This document shows positions 47,805-55,481 of a stretch of 56,874 nucleotides of DNA, in pieces. The position numbers and the translations under genes were made by a program. Origin of the DNA: a virus (taxonomy: Duplodnaviria > Caudoviricetes); IMG/VR virus record IMGVR_UViG_3300045970_000182, positions 1 to 56,874 of that record, one strand, 5' to 3'. Below the pieces are notes generated by a model, which was given only the letters and a program-made list of their open reading frames with translations, was not told the origin of the DNA and searched no databases. How positions within the stretch are numbered: the first letter of the stretch is position 1; each line of letters begins with the position of its first letter.

Positions 47805-48191
47805 TTAATATCCTGCTTTATACGATGCATTAGACATAGTGAAGCGATGTTTCCAATCCCACTCATCTAATACCAGTTGATTGAATACGTCTTCTTCAAC
47901 ATCAATAATATCTTCTACAGATAGTTCAAGCATCCGAATTGCTCTGGCATAGTTGTTTTCGTAAGAGTTAGGCTCCGCCGGAACTGCCTTTATTTTTTTA
48001 ATCTCAACTAAATCACCGGTTTTTGCTAACTTGTTATTAGCTGTGGTTACCTTAATAACGAGCGCCTTGTAATCTACAACAGCTTCATTAAAGTCTTTTA
48101 TATGTTTTTCTTTATTGGATTTAACTATATCCAATAATTCAACTCGAGACATCTTAATAGAGTTCATAACATTCCTTTTCGTATTTTGCAT
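47805..48191 (-). CDS. conserved hypothetical protein
   Basis: Y.RAIRMLELSV...FNQLVLDEWDW. Confidence 0.65.
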   Translation of the reverse strand: MQNTKRNVMNSIKMSRVELLDIVKSNKEKHIKDFNEAVVDYKALVIKVTTANNKLAKTGDLVEIKKIKAVPAEPNSYENNYARAIRMLELSVEDIIDVEEDVFNQLVLDEWDWKHRFTMSNASYKAGY

Positions 48192-48269
48192 AAAAATCTT
48201 TCATTAAAAGAGTATGAATACCCTTATAACAACAATATACGCTAATACGAACTAAATGTCAATGGCTTC

Positions 48270-48869
48270 TTATCTCATTTCTTTAAATATTAATTCAGAT
48301 AACTCTTTTATATGCATTCTTATAATAGCCTTTTCCATATCTGTCGGGGGTGTTGATAAGAACAAATGAATGCTGCCGACAAAGTTACCGTACGACGGTG
48401 GTACGCTTGTTGCGCAAATAGTGCTTATATAAGATGCACCTAACGGCATATTTTTATATAACATACTTTCGGAAAAAGGTGTGCACACAAACTCGTGATT
48501 TATAATACTAATCATTCGTGCATTGTTTTCGTCGTTGTTATTTGTAAAGATAGGCATAATCTGTGATACCCTACCTGTTATATAGTTGGTATACATTACC
48601 TGTAACTCATTAGTTTCTAAGTGGCTGAAAACAATATGCCTTGCATTTTTAGATAAATCCATAGACATTACTTGTAAACCCTTATATGTAGGATTGCTAT
48701 GCAAAAACATATCTATCTTAACAATGGTGTCGGGGTTTAAAGTAGTAAACGGTTTCTCATATGCTATTACACTATACAGTATCAAACAAAATACCGATGT
48801 TACTACCGCTACCATAATCGCCAACCATTTTAGTGGCATTCGCGGGGGTGTTCTTTTTCTTTCTTCCAT
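48270..48869 (-). CDS. single-TM protein with periplasmic domain (T4 holin T-like; paralog 2)
   Basis: One N-terminal TM; NARM..IN.EFVC.P...C...PP.YG.F.G shared with the 49123 ORF. Confidence 0.5.
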   Translation of the reverse strand: MEERKRTPPRMPLKWLAIMVAVVTSVFCLILYSVIAYEKPFTTLNPDTIVKIDMFLHSNPTYKGLQVMSMDLSKNARHIVFSHLETNELQVMYTNYITGRVSQIMPIFTNNNDENNARMISIINHEFVCTPFSESMLYKNMPLGASYISTICATSVPPSYGNFVGSIHLFLSTPPTDMEKAIIRMHIKELSELIFKEMR

Positions 48870-48872
48870 AAT

Positions 48873-49142
48873 CTATCCTATAAGTGCAGCAACTAACAAA
48901 AACTCTTTTACCATTTCTAAATCTTCATTGATTTGTGGTAATAGTTCTTTTGCTGCTCCTGTTTTACCGCGGCGGGCATCAACCTCAGCCTTTGATAATA
49001 ATGTTACCTCTTTTTGCATATTTTTGATAAGGTGTACGACATCTCTACTGTTAGCAAGTTTTCTACTTTTGCTTAAAAGATATGTTTCTATCTCAGCCCA
49101 ATCTGTGCTACTCTTTATCTTTTTATTTAAAATCTCGCTCAT
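48873..49142 (-). CDS. hypothetical protein
   Basis: 89-aa helical ORF between the paralogs. Confidence 0.6.
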   Translation of the reverse strand: MSEILNKKIKSSTDWAEIETYLLSKSRKLANSRDVVHLIKNMQKEVTLLSKAEVDARRGKTGAAKELLPQINEDLEMVKEFLLVAALIG

Positions 49143-49782
49143 AAATCTTTAATGCTAAACTTCGTGTCAATTCTCTAATCTGGGATATTTCTGGAGGAGT
49201 CGGTGCCCTTGATGTAATAACATTTACTACACCGCTGAACATACCATAAAACGGTGGTATGCCATTAGAACAAACAGTATGGGCAAACGGTATTGTAGCA
49301 GGATTTACAATAGCGTCAATAGAGTCGGCATACGGATGGCAAACAAACTCGCCATTTATTAAATCAACCATTCTTGCATTATTAACGGTATCGTTATTGA
49401 ATAACGGTAGTTCTCCGACCACATTTGTATTGCTATTATTATATAAATCTCTTAAGCCTGAGTTGTCTGTATTACGATATAATATATGCCGGGTGTTTCT
49501 ATTAAAATCTACCGTGGCTATAACAACGCCTACTATTAAATCTGATCGAGATACAATCAACTCGATCTCAGCCTTTGTCTCAGTCGATAACGAATACACT
49601 GGCGCTGTATATTGTCCAATCCTAGGATATTTTGTAAATTCGTGTAAATATTCTCTTGTTTCGTATAGTGCAACCGAAACACCTATCAACAATAAGAATA
49701 CAAATAGCTGTGCTATTTTATTCCATGTTAATGCTTTTAAAAATCGCTGAACTAACGATATATTTTCGCCTATACCTGCCAT
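49123..49782 (-). CDS. single-TM protein with periplasmic domain (T4 holin T-like; paralog 1)
   Basis: One TM, paired Cys, GATAAATA upstream. Confidence 0.5.
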   Translation of the reverse strand: MAGIGENISLVQRFLKALTWNKIAQLFVFLLLIGVSVALYETREYLHEFTKYPRIGQYTAPVYSLSTETKAEIELIVSRSDLIVGVVIATVDFNRNTRHILYRNTDNSGLRDLYNNSNTNVVGELPLFNNDTVNNARMVDLINGEFVCHPYADSIDAIVNPATIPFAHTVCSNGIPPFYGMFSGVVNVITSRAPTPPEISQIRELTRSLALKIYERDFK

Positions 49783-49858
49783 ATTACCCCCAATGATACA
49801 GCATGTGCTTATCATCAATATTTATCGGGTTATAATGAAACAGTTAGTATGTATTTAA

Positions 49859-49933
49859 TGGTGCCCATTCCGAGAATCGAACTCGGGATCTCCTCTTTAC
49901 CAAAGAGGTGCTTTACCACTGAGCCAAACGGGC
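49859..49933 (-). tRNA. tRNA-Thr(GGU)
   Basis: GCCCGTT...CCTCT-TTGGTAA-AGAGG...AATGGGC-A-CCA. Confidence 0.92.
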
Positions 49934-50018
49934 AAAATAGAGTAGGTATACTGTTTTGATAGTATATCTGGCCGAAGGATCTTGTTCTAAGATACACTCC
50001 CGGCATACTCTGTATTTA

Positions 50019-50219
50019 TTATTCTACCAGAGCAAGTGGGTCTTTATTCCGCAAGTTAGGTGCTTTAGCCTTTAACGATTGCCGGCGGGCTGCTTCTTCT
50101 GCCAACTCGCCCTGGATCATCAACGACTTGTAAAACGACCTATCTTCATTAGACTTACATAACAGTGCAATCTCTGTTTTTGCACGCTTCGAAAGTCTAA
50201 AATTCTTATCTGGGTTCAT
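50019..50219 (-). CDS. hypothetical protein
   Basis: 66-aa ORF. Confidence 0.6.
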   Translation of the reverse strand: MNPDKNFRLSKRAKTEIALLCKSNEDRSFYKSLMIQGELAEEAARRQSLKAKAPNLRNKDPLALVE

Positions 50220-50584
50220 ATATCTTTTCTTTCATTTGTTTCGCGTCTGTCGCGTTGATTAACATTTCTTCTTACCGAGCCGATTTGCTCTTTAAGCGAC
50301 CTTGATTTTTTATCGTTTGCATCTTGTCTCTTATTAAGCCCTAATATAGCATTTTGCATCTCGTTTAGTCTACCGGTGCCAGATGACGATTGCAAACGAT
50401 TTCTTGTTAGACTTTCTGCTACAATAATAACAATGGTTGCCTCTTTAGGGATAAAAATGCGAGATCTTACAACCCATTCTTCACCTTCTATAATAACTGT
50501 ATCACCGGGTGATGGAGGTATAAGGTCCTCTTCACTATTCCAGTATAGTTTATTTCCATATTCGTCTTCGTAATCTATTTTCAT
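50216..50584 (-). CDS. hypothetical protein with C-terminal coiled coil
   Basis: 122-aa ORF; TATAAATA upstream. Confidence 0.6.
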   Translation of the reverse strand: MKIDYEDEYGNKLYWNSEEDLIPPSPGDTVIIEGEEWVVRSRIFIPKEATIVIIVAESLTRNRLQSSSGTGRLNEMQNAILGLNKRQDANDKKSRSLKEQIGSVRRNVNQRDRRETNERKDI

Positions 50585-50602
50585 ATTGTATTTATATAAA
50601 AG

Positions 50603-51058
50603 TTAGGTGAGTGTCTTGCTAACCGGTCATCATAGCTACCAAGCGTGACTCAACCGGTTTGCCAGACCTATCACACTATACGTTATATTTCTCTATATAA
50701 CTTCTCTGTCCATTTTCCCAACACCCGGGAGGAGATAACGTAAGATAGGAAAGCGGCCCTGACAGTTTATCGACCTGCTGCTGCATATCCACCGGCGTAT
50801 CTCTTTCTTGACTGCCCAAATTACCTAATAACCATAAAATAGTGCTATGCTGATAAGGCGATGACCACAATGTATTTACAGAGACTTAACTCCAACCCAT
50901 CCGTAATAGATAGGGCGCTACATTCTTCACTAACGGGTATTAAGCGACACCCGGTATGCCTCCATGAGCATACTACCTTCCGCTGTATCGGACGGAATCC
51001 GGCCAGCTACTGCCCCTGGCAGGGATTGAGGCACATAGAAGTGTACCATCCTCAAGTC
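50603..51058 (-). ncRNA. GC-richer structured intergenic region, probably two ncRNAs (50603-50828 and 50883-51058)
   Basis: Terminal helices TTAGGT/ACCTAA and GACTTGA/TTAAGTC each enclose several hairpins; no credible ORF; strand inferred from context. Confidence 0.45.
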
Positions 51059-51245
51059 ATTTATGCAACTCTGCTTGTCGTTTCTCCCACGACAGGTTAA
51101 ACACAGTGCATGTATCATTATCACCAACTACAAAGTCGAGCTCGTCGCCTTCCAGCCACCCCACTTGTTCTAGCATTTCTTTAGGAAATGGTAAAACTGA
51201 GTTTCCTTCAGCATCTTCTTCAACTGTAACTGTCCATGTATTCAT
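51057..51245 (-). CDS. AbrB/MazE-like DNA-binding protein
   Basis: VLPFPKEMLEQVGWLEGDELDF swapped-hairpin pattern. Confidence 0.75.
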   Translation of the reverse strand: MNTWTVTVEEDAEGNSVLPFPKEMLEQVGWLEGDELDFVVGDNDTCTVFNLSWEKRQAELHK

Positions 51246-51246
51246 A

Positions 51247-51639
51247 TTATCTTTCTAAAACTGTATATGGTTTCTTTGTTTTTCTTGCGTAGCGTATTGT
51301 TGTCCAGGAACCGCTACGCCACTGTTCTTCATTTGTTAATGGGGCGCCGATTAAATATTCCGAATCGTCGACAATATCTTTATCTCTATTTATATACGAT
51401 CCCGGAACACGATGTTCGTCACCTTGCTTAAATGCTTGTGTATATGGCAACTCTGGCGGGTGTATCACAATATATACATCTGGAAAGAACTCCCGCACTA
51501 TATCATGTGCATCAGAATCAGCGCCTTTGCAATCACCGTGATGAAATTCAGTTAGACCAAGTTCAAACAACTTAAGAACAAACTGCTCTTTTTGGTGTTG
51601 AGTCATCCCCTCGCGTGTGCCTGTAAAACCTATTATCAT
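51247..51639 (-). CDS. SLOG/YspA-like nucleotide-binding protein
   Basis: IIGFTGTR, HHGDCKGAD, R..DIVD, SGSWTTIRYA. Confidence 0.7.
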   Translation of the reverse strand: MIIGFTGTREGMTQHQKEQFVLKLFELGLTEFHHGDCKGADSDAHDIVREFFPDVYIVIHPPELPYTQAFKQGDEHRVPGSYINRDKDIVDDSEYLIGAPLTNEEQWRSGSWTTIRYARKTKKPYTVLER

Positions 51640-52085
51640 TTGTAGTTTCCGTAAAATTCTTGTGTTAGTTTTTTACCGTTATATTTATACCACCCGGGCT
51701 TCTCACTAATGCGAGTAACGATTCTCTCTACATTAACACTTATTTCTTGTTTGTCTGGTTGCCAACTGCTAATATTAAACATTGGCGGAATATCTTCCAT
51801 AAACTGATAAAACGTACCTGTTTTAGATAGGCTGTATGATCGCTTTAATAGTTCATTAGATAAATCTGCATACCTATCAGTAAGAAACTGCATCTTATTA
51901 TAAAAAAAGGTAACATGCCCTTTGTTCAGTGTATATCTTATAGGAATATTCTTTAAAATATCAGTCGGTGTTCTTGTCCTGAGAGATCTTCTAAGTGCTG
52001 CGGGCACCATCTTGATCTCTCGCCATTCTGCAAATAAATGCTGGTCTGCGAGATTTCCTACAGGGACTAAGTTAATGCGTGTCAT
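51636..52085 (-). CDS. denV: pyrimidine dimer DNA glycosylase (endonuclease V)
   Basis: MTRINL..LADQHL.AE.REI, LNKGHVTFFYNK, KPGWY. Confidence 0.92.
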   Translation of the reverse strand: MTRINLVPVGNLADQHLFAEWREIKMVPAALRRSLRTRTPTDILKNIPIRYTLNKGHVTFFYNKMQFLTDRYADLSNELLKRSYSLSKTGTFYQFMEDIPPMFNISSWQPDKQEISVNVERIVTRISEKPGWYKYNGKKLTQEFYGNYK

Positions 52086-52097
52086 AATATTATAAGT

Positions 52098-52172
52098 TGG
52101 TGCCCTGTGTCGGAATCGAACCGACGAATAAAAGTTTTAGAGGCTTCGGATCTACCATTGATCTAACAGGGC
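52098..52172 (-). tRNA. amber suppressor tRNA (CUA anticodon)
   Basis: GCCCTGT/ACAGGGC-A-CCA, GATC D stem, anticodon arm GAAGC-CT-CTA-AA-ACTTT, GTCGG-TTCGATT-CCGAC. Confidence 0.8.
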
Positions 52173-52207
52173 ACGTCTTCATATTATATAAACATTATTG
52201 CTAATCG

Positions 52208-52528
52208 TCAACCGGTGTGTTTATATAAGTTCCATTTAGCAAATACCGCACGCTCTTTATTTGTAAAGATAGGTCGTGTGCATATAGCTGTATGGCCAAG
52301 GTCGTTGTCAGGCTCAAAAAACATGCAAAAATCAATGCCTTTTAGCTCTAATATCCGCGCTTTGCGATACAGGTCTGCCTCATTATATGCGTGTAAAAGA
52401 ATGAGGCTTGCTGTTTTACCCGGATGCTTAAACTTCAATCCAGCCTCATATGTTGCGTGACCAAGCTGCACTATTTTCTGTTCAGGTGTCATGTCGTCCC
52501 TGATGAAAGTGTAAATGTATGGATTCAT
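52208..52528 (-). CDS. Pth2-like peptidyl-tRNA hydrolase family protein
   Basis: YTFIRDDM..EQKIVQLGHA, FFEPD, TAICTRP. Confidence 0.7.
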   Translation of the reverse strand: MNPYIYTFIRDDMTPEQKIVQLGHATYEAGLKFKHPGKTASLILLHAYNEADLYRKARILELKGIDFCMFFEPDNDLGHTAICTRPIFTNKERAVFAKWNLYKHTG

Positions 52529-52893
52529 GCTAATAGATCTCTCAGTTGTTTCATAAGCTCAGGCGTAAAAGTTATTCCAAACTTTTTGTTTAACCATTTA
52601 ATACGATCCGCCAACTCGAGCGCTCGTGTTGCTATTCTTGTTGCAGATTCACCAGCATAGATGGTAGGTTCGCGCAATGTCCAATAGGCTTCGTGTTTAG
52701 CTTTATCGAATGATTGCCATTCTGTAAAACCGTTTGATAACTTACTTTGTTTTTGTATTGGGCTAAAACCGCGTTTAAGGTCGAATCCCCTGAGCACATT
52801 GTATAAAATGTGATCTTGTGCTGTGCGAGATGGAATAGTTTTCCATGCAGCAGCTAAATTTAAATACTCTTCTTTATTGATAATGAAATTCAT
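52525..52893 (-). CDS. hypothetical protein
   Basis: HILYNVLRG...RGFSPI...KLSNG; AAGGA RBS. Confidence 0.7.
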   Translation of the reverse strand: MNFIINKEEYLNLAAAWKTIPSRTAQDHILYNVLRGFDLKRGFSPIQKQSKLSNGFTEWQSFDKAKHEAYWTLREPTIYAGESATRIATRALELADRIKWLNKKFGITFTPELMKQLRDLLA

Positions 52894-52954
52894 GATTGTT
52901 GTCCTTTATAAAATATAATCATTTGTTTGTTTTCTAACCTTACATTGATTTATT

Positions 52955-52984
52955 TTATGGACTTCTGTTTAATACCTACATCAT
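52955..52984 (-). promoter_or_regulatory. leader minigene AUG-AUG-UAG (readthrough product MM*VLNRSP)
   Basis: Strong RBS AAAGGAG before ATG ATG TAG GTA TTA AAC AGA AGT CCA TAA; upstream TTGCTA-N17-TATAGT and TATAAATA. Confidence 0.6.
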
Positions 52985-53071
52985 TTTGGCTCTCCTTTAG
53001 TTAAGTTAAGTATTTATACTATATGTATGATTAACTATAGCAGTTTTGATTCGAATTAGCAACCGGATTTA

Positions 53072-53138
53072 GATAAATAAGTGTAGTTCGCGATACTCGA
53101 CATATCCAACTACTCTAACGCTTATAAGGAGCATCAGC
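53072..53138 (+). promoter_or_regulatory. late promoter plus two-hairpin leader of endonuclease gene (copy 2)
   Basis: Shares GTGTAGTTCGCG, CCAACTACTCTAA and GCTTATAAGGAGCA with 32176-32241. Confidence 0.7.
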
Positions 53139-53774
53139 ATGTCTATTTATACACAGTCATCTTTTAAACCTACATATCTATATATTAAACAGCATTCTAT
53201 TACAGGCAAACTCTACTTCGGCAAAACTATAAAAAACCATGATAAAATGTTAAGCTATTTAGGATCTGGAAAATATTGGACAAATCATATCACAGAACAC
53301 GGAAAGCAACACACAGAAACACTCTGGTATTGCCTTTATTATGAAGAAGTAGAATGCAGTAATTTTGCCCTGGCATTCTCTAAAAACCAATCTATTGTAG
53401 GATCGTCTGAATGGGCAAACCTTAAAGAAGAAAATGGGGCTACCGGTGGGCATAATGGGAAAGATCAATCAGGTAAAAATAATCATTTCTATGGAAAACA
53501 TCACACAACAGAGACCAAAGGTAAAATTGCAGAATCTATAAGAAATATGCCAGATGATTATAGAAAGAAGTTGTCTGATTCGAGTACGGGCAGAAAACAC
53601 ACCTACGAAACTAAACAGAAGATGTCGGAATCTCACACTGGCCGAACAGGCTACTGGAAGGGTAAAACTAAGTCGGACGACTTTAAAAGTACAGTGAGTG
53701 CTACATTAAAAGGTAGACCAAAGACCGAAGAACATAAGGCAAAAATATCGGCAGCTAAGAAGAAACAGCCATAA
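53139..53774 (+). mobile_element. GIY-YIG-type homing endonuclease with NUMOD3 repeats
   Basis: LYIKQHSITGKLYFGKT...YLGSGKYW...WANL..ENG; HTTETKGKI/HTYETKQKMS/EEHKAKIS. Confidence 0.85.
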
Positions 53775-53798
53775 AAATAGGGCAGCATTGCCCTATTT
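53773..53798. terminator. bidirectional terminator between convergent genes
   Basis: AAATAGGGCA/TGCCCTATTT. Confidence 0.7.
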
Positions 53799-53817
53799 AT
53801 TAGCTAATATAGGTTAT

Positions 53818-54279
53818 TTAAAAACTATATTTTGCACCAACAGAGACCATATTTCCGTTTAGATACTTAACACGCTCTTGACCCATTTGGTAAGCATAAT
53901 CTGCTACCAAACTAACTTTCTTTGTTAGTGGATAAGATACACCTGCACCAACCAATGCTGCATAACCGTCATCACCGACGCTCGAATCAAGATATGCTGC
54001 GCCAGCTTTACCTGCGAAGGTAAATCCTGCCAACTTCATAACTTCATAAGAACCAACCACGCTGTAACGGTTTAAGTTTGCTACACCATTCGTTGTACGG
54101 TCAAACGCAACTTCTGCACCAACTTTTCCATATTGTTGGCCAAGAGTAACACCGGCGGTATTAAGACCGACGTTTGTTGTATCAACTCCACCAATGCGAC
54201 CACCGCGAATGCCGATGTCCATTGCCGAGGCTGCTGCTACAGATGCTGCCAAAACTGCCATAATTACTAATTTTTTCAT
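53818..54279 (-). CDS. outer-membrane beta-barrel protein (OmpA-TM/OmpX/Lom-like)
   Basis: Signal peptide, alternating amphipathic strands, C-terminal VSVGAKYSF BAM signal. Confidence 0.85.
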   Translation of the reverse strand: MKKLVIMAVLAASVAAASAMDIGIRGGRIGGVDTTNVGLNTAGVTLGQQYGKVGAEVAFDRTTNGVANLNRYSVVGSYEVMKLAGFTFAGKAGAAYLDSSVGDDGYAALVGAGVSYPLTKKVSLVADYAYQMGQERVKYLNGNMVSVGAKYSF

Positions 54280-54338
54280 TGTATTTTCCTTTTATTTAAC
54301 ACTGTTTTACCAGCGAGTATATATTTATCTCAATCTGT

Positions 54339-54367
54339 ATTATATAACACTAATATAGATTTGTCAA
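54339..54367 (-). promoter_or_regulatory. sigma70 promoter for the OMP gene
   Basis: TTGACA-N17-TATAAT, plus GATAAATA downstream. Confidence 0.8.
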
Positions 54368-54418
54368 GTTTGGTTTAAGATAGGCCGAGGCGTTTCCAGT
54401 CTGAACGGATCTTCGTTT

Positions 54419-54496
54419 TCACACTATCCGGTAGGGTGACATAATCGAGGTCGTCTGCTGATTTGCTGCCAAGAGGATTGCTAATAAGTTTTTCAA
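54419..54496 (-). CDS. possible 25-aa peptide
   Basis: AAGGAG RBS, TTG start, MKNLLAILLAANQQTTSIMSPYRIV. Confidence 0.3.
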   Translation of the reverse strand: MKNLLAILLAANQQTTSIMSPYRIV

Positions 54497-54579
54497 ATGT
54501 TACTCCTTTAAGTAAGCTAATATTTGGCTAACATTTGTTAAAAATATGTTACGGTTTTATTACAAGGTTTTTACAATGT

Positions 54580-54608
54580 AAAAAGAAAGGGGCCGAAGCC
54601 CCCTCTTT
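54580..54608 (-). terminator. terminator after tmRNA
   Basis: GGGGC-TTCG-GCCCC-TTTCTTTT. Confidence 0.85.
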
Positions 54609-54945
54609 GATTGGTTTGGTTACAAGGTCTTTCTACCTCGCGCTTTGTGTTTCTTAGGCAGCAATAGCGTAGTGAGTATCGTTTGCAGATATTCTGTTTT
54701 GCTTGATTTACAGTCATCGCCTACTGAGTTGCCTTTTTCAATATCTCACGCCATCGATTACCGGAGCAGCCCCATCAGAAACACTCTTTGGTCTATCCGA
54801 ACTTGTCCGTGAATCACGGAGAGTATTCTGGTGTACCAGCCCTGAGAGTTGATGTTATCGTATCTTCAAGAGTGTTTATGGTGGAGCTGGCGGGATTCGA
54901 ACCCGCGTCTGGCTTGCCTTTTCTCCAACGGAATTACAACTATCA
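54609..54945 (-). ncRNA. ssrA: circularly permuted (two-piece) tmRNA; tag ANDTHYAIAA
   Basis: Acceptor piece GACGCGGGTTCGAATCCCGCCAGCTCCACCA (ends 54879) precedes GGGGCTG (54773); tag frame 54686-54654; G3:U pair; promoter TTGATT-N17-TATAAT at 54952-54980. Confidence 0.9.
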
Positions 54946-55063
54946 ATCTATATTATATTATGTCACTAATATAAAATCAACTATCCACGAATGCCGAGTA
55001 GAGCAGGAGGTGCATACACTCATGTATTTATTTTAATATTGAAATAAGTTAACTATAGCTTAA

Positions 55064-55255
55064 TCATTTTGTTCCAATGTGGCCTGTGCCCCATAATATT
55101 GCGATGACAGGAAGTGCGATATGTTCAAAAATCTCATACAATGCCCACAGAGTTAATCCTATCGCGAACCAGTTGCTTGTTGTTGCCTTCCTACTCAGCC
55201 AACCAAAGAACTGCCCGTGCCACTTACCTATATTTCTTGCGAATCTTACTATCAT
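55064..55255 (-). CDS. small membrane protein
   Basis: Hydrophobic C-terminal half, YEIFEHIALP. Confidence 0.6.
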   Translation of the reverse strand: MIVRFARNIGKWHGQFFGWLSRKATTSNWFAIGLTLWALYEIFEHIALPVIAILWGTGHIGTK

Positions 55256-55264
55256 ATGTTTCCT

Positions 55265-55441
55265 TTAATCTATCTTTGTTACCATTTCTGTTGCATTTAT
55301 TGCAACTGAGCCACCGGGCTTATTCTGCTGGTCGAGTTTTACCGCCCATAATCCAAATGTTTTGACCCAAACAACAGGGCCCGAACATGCACGAACGAAC
55401 TTATAACCTACCGGTATTTTGCTGTATTGTATTTTCTTCAT
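55265..55441 (-). CDS. small hypothetical protein (58 aa)
   Basis: MKKIQYSKIPVGYKF..., below ORF-track cutoff. Confidence 0.5.
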   Translation of the reverse strand: MKKIQYSKIPVGYKFVRACSGPVVWVKTFGLWAVKLDQQNKPGGSVAINATEMVTKID

Positions 55442-55481
55442 AGCTATATTATGTTATATTTACATCAAAAAATCAACTAAC

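Noticed and set aside
50603-51058. RNase P RNA
   Set aside because: The GAGGAAAGUCC and terminal CGGCUUA P4 signatures were not found on either strand
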